Assembly (NCBI GenBank): GCA_965116115.1
Contig: OZ220486.1
Location: forward strand, 2,144,808-2,208,807
DNA length: 64,000 nucleotides
Reading direction: 5' to 3'
DNA from: Paracoccaceae bacterium
GTDB lineage: Bacteria > Pseudomonadota > Alphaproteobacteria > Rhodobacterales > Rhodobacteraceae
Made by a program: the position numbers and the translations under genes. The stretch's first letter is position 1; the number at the start of each line of letters is the position of its first letter. Positions 52,389 through 62,229 of this stretch are shown piece by piece. A model generated the notes under the pieces. The model was given only the letters and a program-made list of their open reading frames with translations. It searched no databases and was not told where the DNA came from.

Positions 52389-53173
52389 TTACATGCCATA
52401 CCTTGGTTGAGCACGTCGTAAATCATCGATTTCTGCCTCAAAACCATCGTTCTCATCTCCCGGCCAAGTGCCAAAGAGCGCGCGGACATCAGCTATAGGC
52501 TGCACACCTTGTTCGTCGGCTAGTTCCTGCAATGTCGGTGATTCCCAGAAGGACTGAAGTATACTTGTGCCTTTAGGCAACAGATCAATGGCTTCATTCG
52601 ATTTTTCTTCCATCGGCTCGATGTCTTGAATGTTTACGCTGGCAATCTTTCCAGATGCCGAATCTTCCGTTGCTTCTCCGGAAATTCGGACATAGCGCAA
52701 TATATTGTCTAATACGGCATCTTTCTGTTCTTCACCAAAAAGGCACAGAACCGGGTCTCCGACCGACGGATGAACATGGCAGCGGGTTCCTTGACCTTTG
52801 AAGTCCGCCATCAACAGGCGGCCTTCAATAATCCGAACGTTCTGTTGCGGGCCTCTGATGCGTTCCCGAATCTGGGCAACGCCGTCCGGCGTAAATGATA
52901 TCTGACAAACCGGACCATGGCTCGTCAGCGTAAACAAAATCCGGTTGATTCCTTGACCAAATACCTTTCCCGCATCTCGCCAAGCCATCAAGACGCCTGA
53001 GTCATATCCGTTCGGCAGTGCCGACGCTTCATCGCTTGTCTGGATTATTTCCAGTCCATGCAGTGCGCACTCCAGAATTTCCCAACCAAAATCCATTCCC
53101 GAAAAGCGCGGTTCGGAAATGGTTCGTTCAAAGCCAAGCACTGCAGCAGCGCTTCCCTCGGTCAGCGACACTA
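52389..53173 (-). pseudogene. 3' part (about 260 codons) of a roughly 329-aa orphan gene upstream of vapC, split by IS630 copy 2
   Basis: ORF 52389..53171. Removing the IS and one TA joins it in frame to 54534..54738 (..EVELEL/VSLTEGS..). The C-terminus ..LQELADEQGVQPIADVRALFGTWPGDENDGFEAEIDDLRR looks like an antitoxin tail. Confidence 0.55.
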
Positions 53174-54531
53174 GTAGTCTGTCATTGCTATATTGATGGG
53201 TATAAAGAATGCAGTTCAGTGCGCGCGTCTTCGGCGGTGAACCGCTGTTTGACCGGGGCCGGGTCGGCGTTGCGCGCTTTTTCCCATGCCGAAACCTCGC
53301 GGCAGAGCGTCTCCCGGTCGGGAATGCGCCGGGACAGGCACTGACGGCTCAGCACGCTGATTCCGCTCTCGGCGATGTTCAGCCGGCTGCCGTGTTTCGG
53401 CGTGTGATGAACCTCGAAACGCTCGCAGAGCCTGCCGGCCTGCTCCGGCGGAAAAGCATGGTAAAGACTCGACAGCTCATGCGTTGTCCATGGCTGGCAT
53501 GATTTTTTTGCCGGGGAAGTGAACATCGGCGATCTCTCTGAGGAGTTCGGCGAAATCCTTCTTCGTCCGGCGGTCGGTGATTTTGACATGCCCCAGTCTG
53601 CAAGCGGCGCATGAACCATGAACAGATTCGCCGTCCCGTTGCGCTCGTATTCGCAGTCGAAGCGCGCCGGCCGGCCGGGAGCGGTCGGCAAAGCCGTGCG
53701 GACCTCCTTCGTCTGCTGCTTGCTCGCCTCGGCTGTGCAGGCCAGCACCTCGTCCTCTTTGAACTTCCGCTGATAAACCCTGAGCACATCCTCCATCAAG
53801 CATGCGAAGTCGCAGCTTTTCGCCGCCGGAATGCGCTGGCACCGCGTAAGATGCGGTTTCAAATCGTTTTTTTAATGTCCTCCTGACCGTTTCCCGGGAA
53901 ATGCCATCGACGACATTCAACGCGACCAGCCGCTCGCCGAGCAGCGCTGGCGGCTGTGAGGAACGCCCTTCGGGAGGTTCCGAACAGGCGATCATCGTCA
54001 GCTTCGCCTCGCCCTCGCCGTCAAGCTTCGGAGGAACGCGGTTCGAATGCGGCCTGCGCTCCAGAGCCGCTGTACCCTCCTCGACGAAACGCCGGCGGAG
54101 CCGCTCGACAGTCGCCGTGCCGACACCGACGGAATCGGCGGCGTCGGCATCGGCGCGCGCGCCGCTCTTCCGGTTCTCATCCGTGAGAAGAAAAATATGC
54201 GCCCGCCGCCGCCGCTCGACCGAACCGCGGCCGGATGAAACGATCTCCTCTGATTCAGCCCGTTCATGATCTTCGAGCCGCACATGCCATATCTTGCGTC
54301 CGATTTGTTCCTGTCAGTCCGTCATAGCTTCCCGCCTCTTGTAATCGCCGCCGGCGCGAAACAGGCCTCAGCCGCTGGATTCCTGCTCAGAATCCGGCTC
54401 AAATACCCGGCCGACAGCATTTGTCTTCGTTCAGACTGAGGCTGCTGCTGCAACTTCAACGGAGCGTCAACACTGGAAATCAGGACGTCCGCCAAACCAC
54501 GATTACCATCATTATCACTGTGTCAGACTAC
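53174..54531 (-). mobile_element. IS630-family element, copy 2 (1358 bp, TA-flanked), transposase defective
   Basis: Ends are gtagtctgtcattgctatattg and cactgtgtcagactac, with TA at 53172-73 and 54532-33. ORFs 53477..54283 and 53188..53862 overlap. An A7 slippery run lies at 53867-73. Confidence 0.85.
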
Positions 54532-54533
54532 TA

Positions 54534-54738
54534 GCTCAAGCTCAACTTCGCTTTCAATACCGCGCGGGGGACGGCCCTTGCGAATGCTTGCTGACTCGCC
54601 GTGAAGCACCCGGCCGACCCTCTGCAGCGCCTTGTTGAGATTGGGAAGAAAACGCAGCAAATGACTGACCGGAATGCTTCCCGGCCCAACCGCGCTTCCA
54701 TCGAAGCGAATTTGCAGCAAAGGGTGCGGATTGCTCAT
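54534..54738 (-). pseudogene. 5' part (69 codons) of the orphan gene split by IS630 copy 2
   Basis: A gaggag SD lies 9 nt upstream of the ATG at 54738 (MSNPHPLLQIRFDGSAVGPGSIPVSHLL...). In the present state the frame runs 2 codons into the IS and stops. Confidence 0.5.
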
Positions 54739-55380
54739 CGGAACATTCTCCTCTTTTTCCATGGCAGCGTCTTGAAGTTCTGTCACGTATTTCGCCCGTC
54801 ACCGCAACGCGCCCATGTTGTTTGAGAGTTTCGGAAAAGTTCTTCATGGCGGCATCGTCAGTGAAGGCGTTGCGTATACTCTTGTCGTTCCCCGCTGTCA
54901 GCCGGACCAGTTCCTTGATCATTGCCCTCCGTGATGCCGACAGAATGCTTGTCTCCCGGTCCGTCCTTGCTGCTCTAAGCCCTATGGACAAATGGGGTTG
55001 CGCCGGGGTCGGTCGCTTTGCCGGGAAAAAGCAGTTCGATCCGCTGCTGCATTCTATCAGTCAGCATGGTTTTGTCAGCGTTCATTCATCTCTCTGACTG
55101 TCTTGCCTGCGGCGTCGCTCCGGCGCTTGTTAAGATGATGCTGGCAGCGAATCGCCCGAAGCGCAACCCCATTTGTCCACAGGCCTTAGAAGCAGGGATG
55201 ACTACACCCGATTCTTATGCGAGTTCAAAGCCAGCCTTGATTCAAACAGATCAGCAAGAGAAAAAGCGGCAGAGCCGGATCCAGCGTTTCCGGCCTGGTC
55301 CGGATGAAAGGCCGGAGTCATGAGCGACGCCGCGGCGATCCGACCGTTCGTGCGTCCGGTTTGGAATCGCCGGCGGTTCG

Positions 55381-55765
55381 TCAGCCGCCTGCCAGCGGGG
55401 AAAATATCAGTAGCAAGTTCACGGCGGCGATGATGACGATGACGCCGACAGTGATTGTCGCGACGATCCAGCGTGTGTTGACGACTTCGCGGCGTGCGGC
55501 GGCCGTTTCGCGCTCCGCCATCTTGCGGTCTCGCTCTGCTGTCTGTCTGGCGGCGGCCTTCTCGCGCTCTGCCGTCTGTCGGGCGTTGTCTATCTCGCGG
55601 TCCGCCATCTGACGGTCTCGTTCCGCCGTCTGCTGGGCGGCAACGGTATCGCGCTCCGCATATCCGGCGTTCGAGACGTTCTAACGCGGCTGCGTATGTC
55701 GCCTGATGCGTGTTCACGCGCTCCTCCAACACAGCGATCTGGCGCGCGAGAGTTTCAATTTCCAT
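55381..55765 (-). pseudogene. Tail-anchored coiled-coil membrane protein, paralog 1 (one frameshift near 55665-55672)
   Basis: MEIETLARQIAVLEERVNTHQATYAAALERLERR is followed, in another frame, by YAERDTVAAQQTAERDRQMADREIDNARQTAEREK...RWIVATITVGVIVIIAAVNLLLIFSPLAGG*. Confidence 0.5.
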
Positions 55766-55935
55766 CGCTTCGCTTCATATATTGCGTCTGCGTTCGCTTA
55801 TCTGACAATCGAGCGGTTATTCAGCGTCAAAGACTGATATTGCTGAAACGGAAGCATGACCGTGACTGCCGCGGTGATCTGCTCATTCGTGCTGCCGGTT
55901 TGGAATCACTGGCTGCCGGTCAGCCGGCCGGCGAC

Positions 55936-57370
55936 GGGGATGTCCCACTTGATGTTGAATTTGATATGGGCGGTGTTGCCTCTCCCCCGAGAATCAGCTC
56001 GGGGATTTTTTGAAGAAAAGGAAGCAACACCATGAAAACCGTTAGCACATTCCCCGGCGCCTCCGCCAGCGCTCCGAACATCAACGCGCTCGTCGAAGAG
56101 GCGTACGAAGACGTGACCGAGAGTTTCGAGAAATTCTGCCTGACGACGGGCATCGCGTATCTGCGGCAGATGATGGACGAGGACGCCGAACGGCTGGCCG
56201 GGAAACGTCACAGTCATTCTCCCGACAAGCCGGGGCACCGCTGGGGACATACGCGTTCCCAGGTCGGGTTTCACGGCGGCAAGGTCGGCATCGACCGTCC
56301 GCGTCTCCGCTGCAAGGCTGCGGGCAAGGAGATGTCTCTGCCGAGCTGGGAAGAAATCTCCGCGGACGGTTATCTCGACCGATGGGCGGTGAACTTGATG
56401 ACCGCGAACGTAGCGACCCGCAAGTTCCGCCGGGCGGTGAGGATTCCGGAGGCCGGGGTTCCCTGCGGGGCGGGCTGCGGGCTGTCGAAATCGGCCGTGT
56501 CCCGCCGGTTCAAGGCGTTGACGCAGGCGAAGTTTGATGAATGGATGACTTCCGATCTGTCGGAGCTTGATCTCGTCGCGGTTCAGATCGACGGGCTGCA
56601 TATGAGCGACCGCCTGCTGATGATCGGGGCCGTCGGCATTGACGCGTCGGGGCGTAAGCGCCCGCCAGTCGTCATCGAAGGCGCGACGGAGAACGCCGCG
56701 ACCGTGCAGGCTCTGCTTGATGATCTGATCCGGCGCGGGCTTGATCCGAAGGGCTGTTATCTGTTCATCGTCGACGGAGCCAGGGCGCTCAGCAAGGCGA
56801 TCCGGCGCACTTTCGGCGCGGACATCCCTATTCAGCGCTGTCAGGTTCACAAGGGCCGCAACATCATCGACCGTCTCGCCGCGGAACATCACGCCGGCGT
56901 GCGGCGGACGCTCAGGCAAGCCTGGGAACTTGATGACGCCGACAAGGCCGAGCGGCTGATGCGCAGCCTGGCTCAGCGGTTCGAACAGGAGGCTCCGGAC
57001 GTCTCCCGGTCGATACTTGAGGGCCTGGACGAGGTCCTGACCGTCTCCCGGCTCGGCCTGCCGTCAGAGCTGCGGCGGTCGCTGGCGAGCACGAACATCA
57101 TCGAATCGATGAACAGCACGGTCCGGCAGGTCTGCCGCAACGTGAAGCGCTGGAGGAACGCCGGGATGGCTCTGCGATGGACCGCTGCCGGCATGATGGA
57201 GGCCGAGAAGGGTTTCCGCCGCATCAAGGCGTACAGGCAGCTGCCCGTTCTCAAACAGGCTCTCATCGAACATAGTCGAAAGGATCGGCTTGACCGGCTC
57301 AAGGAAGCCGCGTAGATAGCCGACAGGCAGCATCGCTCCTGCGGGTTTCAACATCAAGCGGGACATTCCC
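55936..57370 (+). mobile_element. IS256-family element copy C (1435 bp), intact, 9-bp target duplication
   Basis: gccggcgac is present at 55927-35 and 57371-79. Termini are ggggatgtcccacttgatgttgaa and gggaatgtcccgcttgatgttgaa (reverse complement). Confidence 0.92.
56032..57315 (+). CDS. IS256-family (Mutator-like) transposase, full length, 427 aa
   Basis: Uninterrupted ORF with VAVQIDGLHMSDRLLMIGAVGID...LFIVDGARALSKAIR...IQRCQVHKGRNI...STNIIESMNSTVRQVCRNVKRW. Confidence 0.9.
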   Translation: MKTVSTFPGASASAPNINALVEEAYEDVTESFEKFCLTTGIAYLRQMMDEDAERLAGKRHSHSPDKPGHRWGHTRSQVGFHGGKVGIDRPRLRCKAAGKEMSLPSWEEISADGYLDRWAVNLMTANVATRKFRRAVRIPEAGVPCGAGCGLSKSAVSRRFKALTQAKFDEWMTSDLSELDLVAVQIDGLHMSDRLLMIGAVGIDASGRKRPPVVIEGATENAATVQALLDDLIRRGLDPKGCYLFIVDGARALSKAIRRTFGADIPIQRCQVHKGRNIIDRLAAEHHAGVRRTLRQAWELDDADKAERLMRSLAQRFEQEAPDVSRSILEGLDEVLTVSRLGLPSELRRSLASTNIIESMNSTVRQVCRNVKRWRNAGMALRWTAAGMMEAEKGFRRIKAYRQLPVLKQALIEHSRKDRLDRLKEAA

Positions 57371-57711
57371 GCCGGCGACAAGTGCAAGCCCAGCGACAGG
57401 CTTATAGCGGCGATGACGACAATGACGCCAAAAGCGATTGTCGTGATTATCCAGATCGTGTCGGCGGTCTTGCGGCGGGCAGCTGCCGCTTCGCGCTTTT
57501 CCACCCAACGTTCGTGCTCTTCAATCAAGCGTTCGCGCTCTTCCATCAGGCGTTCGCGCTCTTCTATCCGATGCTCGCGCCTTTCTATCCAGCATTCGCG
57601 CTTTTCCATTCGGCGGGCAGCGTCCTTTTCGCGCTTTTCCATCCGGCGTTCAAAGCCCTTCAACGCGGTTTCGTAAGTTGCCTGATGTATGTTCATATGT
57701 GCCTCCGACAC
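57371..57711 (-). CDS. Tail-anchored coiled-coil membrane protein, paralog 2; its native stop is displaced by IS256 copy C
   Basis: MSEAHMNIHQATYETALKGFERRMEKREKDAARRMEKRE...IWIITTIAFGVIVVIAAISLSLGLHLSPAG. Without the IS the frame would stop right after PAG. At present it reads on into the IS (ORF 57064..57711). Confidence 0.55.
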
Positions 57712-58201
57712 AGCGAACCGGTGCGCAACAGTTTCAAAGTCCGACGCTTTAAGCGTGTGCTTGATTTATGCCTCCGAATGCACCGCTGTCAACCGTCCGG
57801 AGGTTGTCCGGCGTTCAAAACGGACAATCAAGCATCCATTGAGATGTCAGGCTTCATGCTTTACCTCCCCGTCCGGCCGGCTCTGAACCCCTGCCGGGTG
57901 ACGCCCGTCGGCCTTGCCTCGTCAGCGCCTGGAGGGCAGACATTTTACACCGCTGAGCCGAAAAAATCGTGAAGCGGGCTGCAAAACCGCGCGTCGGTGA
58001 TTCCTTCGGAGCTTTCCCCGGCGGCGGACACGCTCCCGGCGCCGGGAAACGGTCAGGCATTTCAAAACGTCCGTTCCGTGAGCTGAGCCGCCCCGGACAG
58101 CGATCACGTTTACGGTTTTCCACATGCACTGATTTGAAGTATTACCGCCGTTCTGAATCGTGATTTTCCGCGGTGTGATCCGCGATTTCGTATCGGCAAG
58201 G

Positions 58202-59491
58202 ATGGAATCAAACCCGACAGACATGCCGGCGCAGAGGCGCCGGATCGCCGTTATCGGTTCAGGCGTGTCGGGCCTCGGCGCGGCGTGGCTGCTTTCCCGT
58301 GCCTGCGATGTCGTGCTGTTCGAGGCGGCGGACAGGCTCGGCGGGCATGCTTGGACCGTCACGGTCAGCACGCGCGGGCGGGAGGTTCCCGTCGATATCG
58401 GATTCATAGTTTTCAACCGGGTCAACTATCCCAACCTTTGCCGGCTGTTCGGAACCCTCGACGTTCCGGTTCGCAGGAGCGATATGTCCTTCGCGGTGTC
58501 GGTAAACGATGGCGCCTTAGAATACGGCTGCCGCAGCCTCAGGGCGGCGCTGGCGCAGCCGGCCAATGCGGCGAAGCCCGGCTTCTGGCGGATGATCCGC
58601 GACATTGCGGTGTTCAACCGCACGGCGCTGGCGGACTCATCCGCGGATCCTCGCATGACGCTGGAAGGCTTGATCCGGCGCCGGCGTCTGGGAAAGTGGT
58701 TTGAGCGCTATTACCTGCTGCCGATGAGCGGCGCGATCTGGTCCACGCCGCGAACGCAGATGTTGAAGTTTCCGGCCGGCGTTCTGGCCCGCTTTTTCTC
58801 CAACCACGGACTGCTGTCCTTCACGGGCCAGCATCAATGGTGGACGGTCGAAGGCGGGTCGCGGAATTATGTCTCGAAAATTGCGGACAGCATGAGCGCT
58901 CAGGTGCGGCGGCGCACGCCTGTGAAAGCTGTGATCCGCGGTCCGGAGGGAATCCGCGTCAAGGCGGCCGGGCAGAATGTCGAAGGTTTCGACGGAGTCG
59001 TGTTCGCCTGCCATTCGGACACCGCGCTGGAACTCCTCAAGGACGCCGGACCTGACGAACGGCGCATTCTCGGAGCCATATCATACCGGCGTAACCGGAT
59101 CGTTCTTCACACCGACTCCCGGCTGATGCCGCGGCGCAGGGCATGCTGGTCAAGCTGGGTGTATCTGGCGAATTCGCCGGCCGAAGAGGAACAGGCGTCG
59201 GTCACCTACTGGATGAATTCCCTTCAAGGCATCCCGGATGACACGCCGCTGTTCACGACCCTCAACCCGCCGTCGCCGGTGGATGATCGCTGCGTTCTCG
59301 CCGAACATCCGTTCGAGCATCCGCAATACGATTTCAGCGCCGTCGCGGCTCAGGCGGAACTGCCTTCCATACAGGGCAGGGGGGGCGCTTGGTACTGCGG
59401 GGCATGGACCGGCATGGGGTTCCATGAAGACGGTCTTGCAAGCGCGGTCCGCGTCGCCGGCTGCTTAGGAGTGTCGCCGCCATGGAAATGA
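58202..59491 (+). CDS. FAD/NAD(P)-binding amine-oxidase-like oxidoreductase
   Basis: RRIAVIGSGVSGLGAAWLL...VLFEAADRLGGH dinucleotide-binding motif. The start is uncertain (ATG at 58202 or 58223; the ORF opens at 58160). Confidence 0.8.
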   Translation: MESNPTDMPAQRRRIAVIGSGVSGLGAAWLLSRACDVVLFEAADRLGGHAWTVTVSTRGREVPVDIGFIVFNRVNYPNLCRLFGTLDVPVRRSDMSFAVSVNDGALEYGCRSLRAALAQPANAAKPGFWRMIRDIAVFNRTALADSSADPRMTLEGLIRRRRLGKWFERYYLLPMSGAIWSTPRTQMLKFPAGVLARFFSNHGLLSFTGQHQWWTVEGGSRNYVSKIADSMSAQVRRRTPVKAVIRGPEGIRVKAAGQNVEGFDGVVFACHSDTALELLKDAGPDERRILGAISYRRNRIVLHTDSRLMPRRRACWSSWVYLANSPAEEEQASVTYWMNSLQGIPDDTPLFTTLNPPSPVDDRCVLAEHPFEHPQYDFSAVAAQAELPSIQGRGGAWYCGAWTGMGFHEDGLASAVRVAGCLGVSPPWK

Positions 59492-60246
59492 CCGGCTCCT
59501 CGGTCGTACGCGCCCGGGTCGTCCATTCCCGGCGGACTCCGGTGAACAACAGCTTCGCCTACGAGGTCGATTATCTCATGCTTGACGAGGCGGCGCTGAT
59601 CCGGAACGAAGGCCCCAGGCTCTTTTCCTACGGCAGACCTAATCTGGTTTGCCTGCGGAAGTCGGACCACGGCGCCGCAGGGTACGAGAATATCCATGCG
59701 GTTCTCGGTCTCGTGAAGAAAGCGGGCGTCAGCGGCGCAGACCGTGCGCTGCTTCTCACCCATCCCCGCTACTGGGGCTACACCTTCAATCCTGTGAGTT
59801 TCTGGCTTGTCTTCAGTTCCGCCGGCAACCTGCGCACTGTCTTGGCGGAGGTGCACAATACGTTCGGAGACCGCCACGCTTATCTGTGCACAGCGAAGAA
59901 CGGCGCCGATATCAGAAGCGATTCCTGGACCGATTCCAGCAAGCGTTTCCATGTGTCTCCTTTTTTTGACATCACGGGCAAATACCGCTTCCGCTTCCTT
60001 GTCGAAGAAGCCCGGATCGCCATCCGAATCGATTACGACGACGGCGCGGGCGGCGGGTTGTCCACAGCGCTTTCAGGTTCCCGCCGGCCATTCACTGACC
60101 GGGAACTCGCCCGGGCCCTGTTACGCCACCCGTTGGGAGCCGCCAAGACGACCGCGCTGATTCACTGGCAGGCGCTGCGCCTGTGGCGGAAGGGCGTGCG
60201 CTACCGGAACCGTCCGGAACCGCCAGAACGGGGCATCACGACATGA
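59482..60246 (+). CDS. DUF1365-family protein
   Basis: VVHSRRTPVNNSFAYEVDYLMLD...HPRYWGYTFNPVSFW. It overlaps the upstream gene by 10 nt. Confidence 0.75.
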   Translation: MEMTGSSVVRARVVHSRRTPVNNSFAYEVDYLMLDEAALIRNEGPRLFSYGRPNLVCLRKSDHGAAGYENIHAVLGLVKKAGVSGADRALLLTHPRYWGYTFNPVSFWLVFSSAGNLRTVLAEVHNTFGDRHAYLCTAKNGADIRSDSWTDSSKRFHVSPFFDITGKYRFRFLVEEARIAIRIDYDDGAGGGLSTALSGSRRPFTDRELARALLRHPLGAAKTTALIHWQALRLWRKGVRYRNRPEPPERGITT

Positions 60247-60424
60247 GCATGCAGACTGTTCCGTTTCAAGGTCCGGCGACGCTGAGCGCTGTCAGAAGTC
60301 TGCCTTGCCGGCGGTTTGTCTATCCGGTCGGCCGCCGGAGTTTTCAATGCGGATGTCGGGAACGTGCGCCGCGCTCCAGGCTGTCTGACGGAGCGGAGAA
60401 TTCAGCGGCTCAGGGGATGCTGCC

Positions 60425-61675
60425 ATGACCGGTGCCAGCGCTCGGCAGATCGCGCGCCGCGACCTGGTTCCGCCCGCGGCCGTCGCAGCGATGCTCGCCT
60501 TCGCCGGGCTGCCGCTCTACATCCATGTTCCGCGTTACTACGCGGAAGAAATGGGCGTCGGCCTCGCGGCGCTCGGAATCGTCCTCTTGGCGGCGCGGGC
60601 GGTTGACAGTCTTCAGGATCCGCTCCTCGGCCGGCTGGCGGACCGCTGGCCGCGCCGCCGTGAGGCCTGGGCGTTGTGTTCAGGTGTTTTTCTCGCGGCC
60701 GGAATCGCAGTGCTGTTCGCGCCGCCGGAATGGGGCGAACCGCTTCCGCGTCTGATCGTCGGTTTTCTGGCGGCCTTCACCGGTTTCAGCGCTATGCAGA
60801 TCGCGCTTTACGATCACGGCCTCGCTCAGGCGGAAGCGGCCGGGGGCGGCTACACGCGCATCGCTCTCTGGCGGGAGGCAGGCGGGCTGGTCGGCATATG
60901 CCTCGCCGCCGCGGCGCCGGCCGGTCTCTCCGCGGTCTTCGGCACTTCTTTCGCATACAGCGGCTATGCCGCGTTCCTTGTCCTTTTCATCCTGTTCGCT
61001 CTGGTGCGCATGCGCATGCGCTGGCTCGCATCCGGCAAATCCTTGCCGGCTGCCGGCTTCGCGTCCGCGCTCCGCGTTCCCGGCGTCGTGCCGATCCTCG
61101 CCTTCGGTTTCATAAATGCCCTTCCGACCGCGGTGACTTCGACGCTGTTTCTGTTTTTCGTTTCCGACATCCTCGCGGCCGAAACGCATGCGGGTCCCAT
61201 GCTGATTGTCTTTTTCGGCGCGGCCGCCGCCGCCGCGCCGTTTTGGGCACGCCTCGCTGACCGCGTCGGGCGCAAGGCGGCGCTCACGGCTGGAATGTCA
61301 CTGTCCGTTCCGGTCTTTGTTTGGGCTTGGACGCTCGGTCCCGGCGACATCGCGCCCTTCTATGCCATCGCCGCGGCATCCGGCGCGGCCCTCGGAGCCG
61401 ACATGACACTGACGCCGGCAATGCTCGCGGCCCGGATCAGGGGCGGCGGCGGGCAGATGTTCTCGCTCTGGACATTCCTGCAAAAGACCGCTTTGGCAGC
61501 GGCAGCCGGCGTGACCCTTCCGGTCCTGGCTCTTGCGGGCTACGATCCCGGATTCCCCGGGCAGGACGGCCGCGCCGCTCTGGCTGCGGCTTACGCGCTG
61601 ATCCCCTGCGCCCTGAAGCTGGCTGCGATACCGGCGCTGCTGATTTTTGTGAATGAAAAAGGAGGCGGAAAGTGA
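60425..61675 (+). CDS. MFS-type transporter
   Basis: 416 aa, about 12 hydrophobic segments, and a D-x-x-x-G-R-like loop LQDPLLGRLADRW. Confidence 0.75.
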   Translation: MTGASARQIARRDLVPPAAVAAMLAFAGLPLYIHVPRYYAEEMGVGLAALGIVLLAARAVDSLQDPLLGRLADRWPRRREAWALCSGVFLAAGIAVLFAPPEWGEPLPRLIVGFLAAFTGFSAMQIALYDHGLAQAEAAGGGYTRIALWREAGGLVGICLAAAAPAGLSAVFGTSFAYSGYAAFLVLFILFALVRMRMRWLASGKSLPAAGFASALRVPGVVPILAFGFINALPTAVTSTLFLFFVSDILAAETHAGPMLIVFFGAAAAAAPFWARLADRVGRKAALTAGMSLSVPVFVWAWTLGPGDIAPFYAIAAASGAALGADMTLTPAMLAARIRGGGGQMFSLWTFLQKTALAAAAGVTLPVLALAGYDPGFPGQDGRAALAAAYALIPCALKLAAIPALLIFVNEKGGGK

Positions 61676-62229
61676 GAACGAGGCATTTTCCCGGTTCGAA
61701 CCTGCCGTTCGATTTCGGATCGCAGAGCGTAAGTGATTATGTCGCGGAAACGCCGGTCCTGGATTTCCGGGAATTCCTGAACGGCCGGCTGTCAGCGTCC
61801 GGCGTCTTTTTCGGACTCTCCGGCCGGGTCGAGCGGCATTTCACGCTTGATATGACCGGCGACTGGTCAGGCGGGCGGGGCACGCTCGACGAGAAATTCC
61901 GCTACAATGACGGCGAGACCGGCGAAAGACGCTGGAGTCTGACCTTCACCGGAGAAGGCGCCTTCACCGCGACCGCGCCTGATGTCGAAGGCGAAGCGGT
62001 CGGGGCTCAGTGCGGAAATGCGGCCGTGATGCGCTACCGCCTGAGGATTCCGCGGGCGAAAGGCGAAATCATCGTCGGCATGGAGGATTGGTTCTATCTC
62101 ATGGAAGACGGCACGCTCATCAACCGGGCCCGCATGTCAAAATTCGGCTTCAAAGTCGGTGAATTGCTCGCCTCCTTCCGCAAGCGCGATGGAGATAAAA
62201 TTTCAGCCGGGCGGGCGGGGCCGGAATGA
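61672..62229 (+). CDS. DUF3833-family protein (no lipoprotein signal visible)
   Basis: FREFLNGRLSASGVFFGLSGRVERHFTLDMTGDWSG..GTLDEKFRYNDGETGERRWSL. The GTG start overlaps the MFS stop. Confidence 0.65.
   Translation: MRTRHFPGSNLPFDFGSQSVSDYVAETPVLDFREFLNGRLSASGVFFGLSGRVERHFTLDMTGDWSGGRGTLDEKFRYNDGETGERRWSLTFTGEGAFTATAPDVEGEAVGAQCGNAAVMRYRLRIPRAKGEIIVGMEDWFYLMEDGTLINRARMSKFGFKVGELLASFRKRDGDKISAGRAGPE

Noticed and set aside
55906-56919. 337-348-aa ORFs antisense to the IS256 transposase, present in all three copies (also 27636..28661 and 50598..51644)
   Set aside because: They are conserved only because the IS copies are near-identical DNA. The sequence is low-complexity and Arg/Pro-rich (MPERPPHAGVMFRGETVDD...) with no recognisable domain. 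The sense frame is an obvious Mutator-type transposase.
50661-57370. IS256 copies B and C in direct orientation flanking 3.8 kb, considered as a composite transposon
   Set aside because: Each copy has its own perfect 9-bp duplication (aggaaatct versus gccggcgac), so they inserted independently. The outer flanks do not share a duplication.
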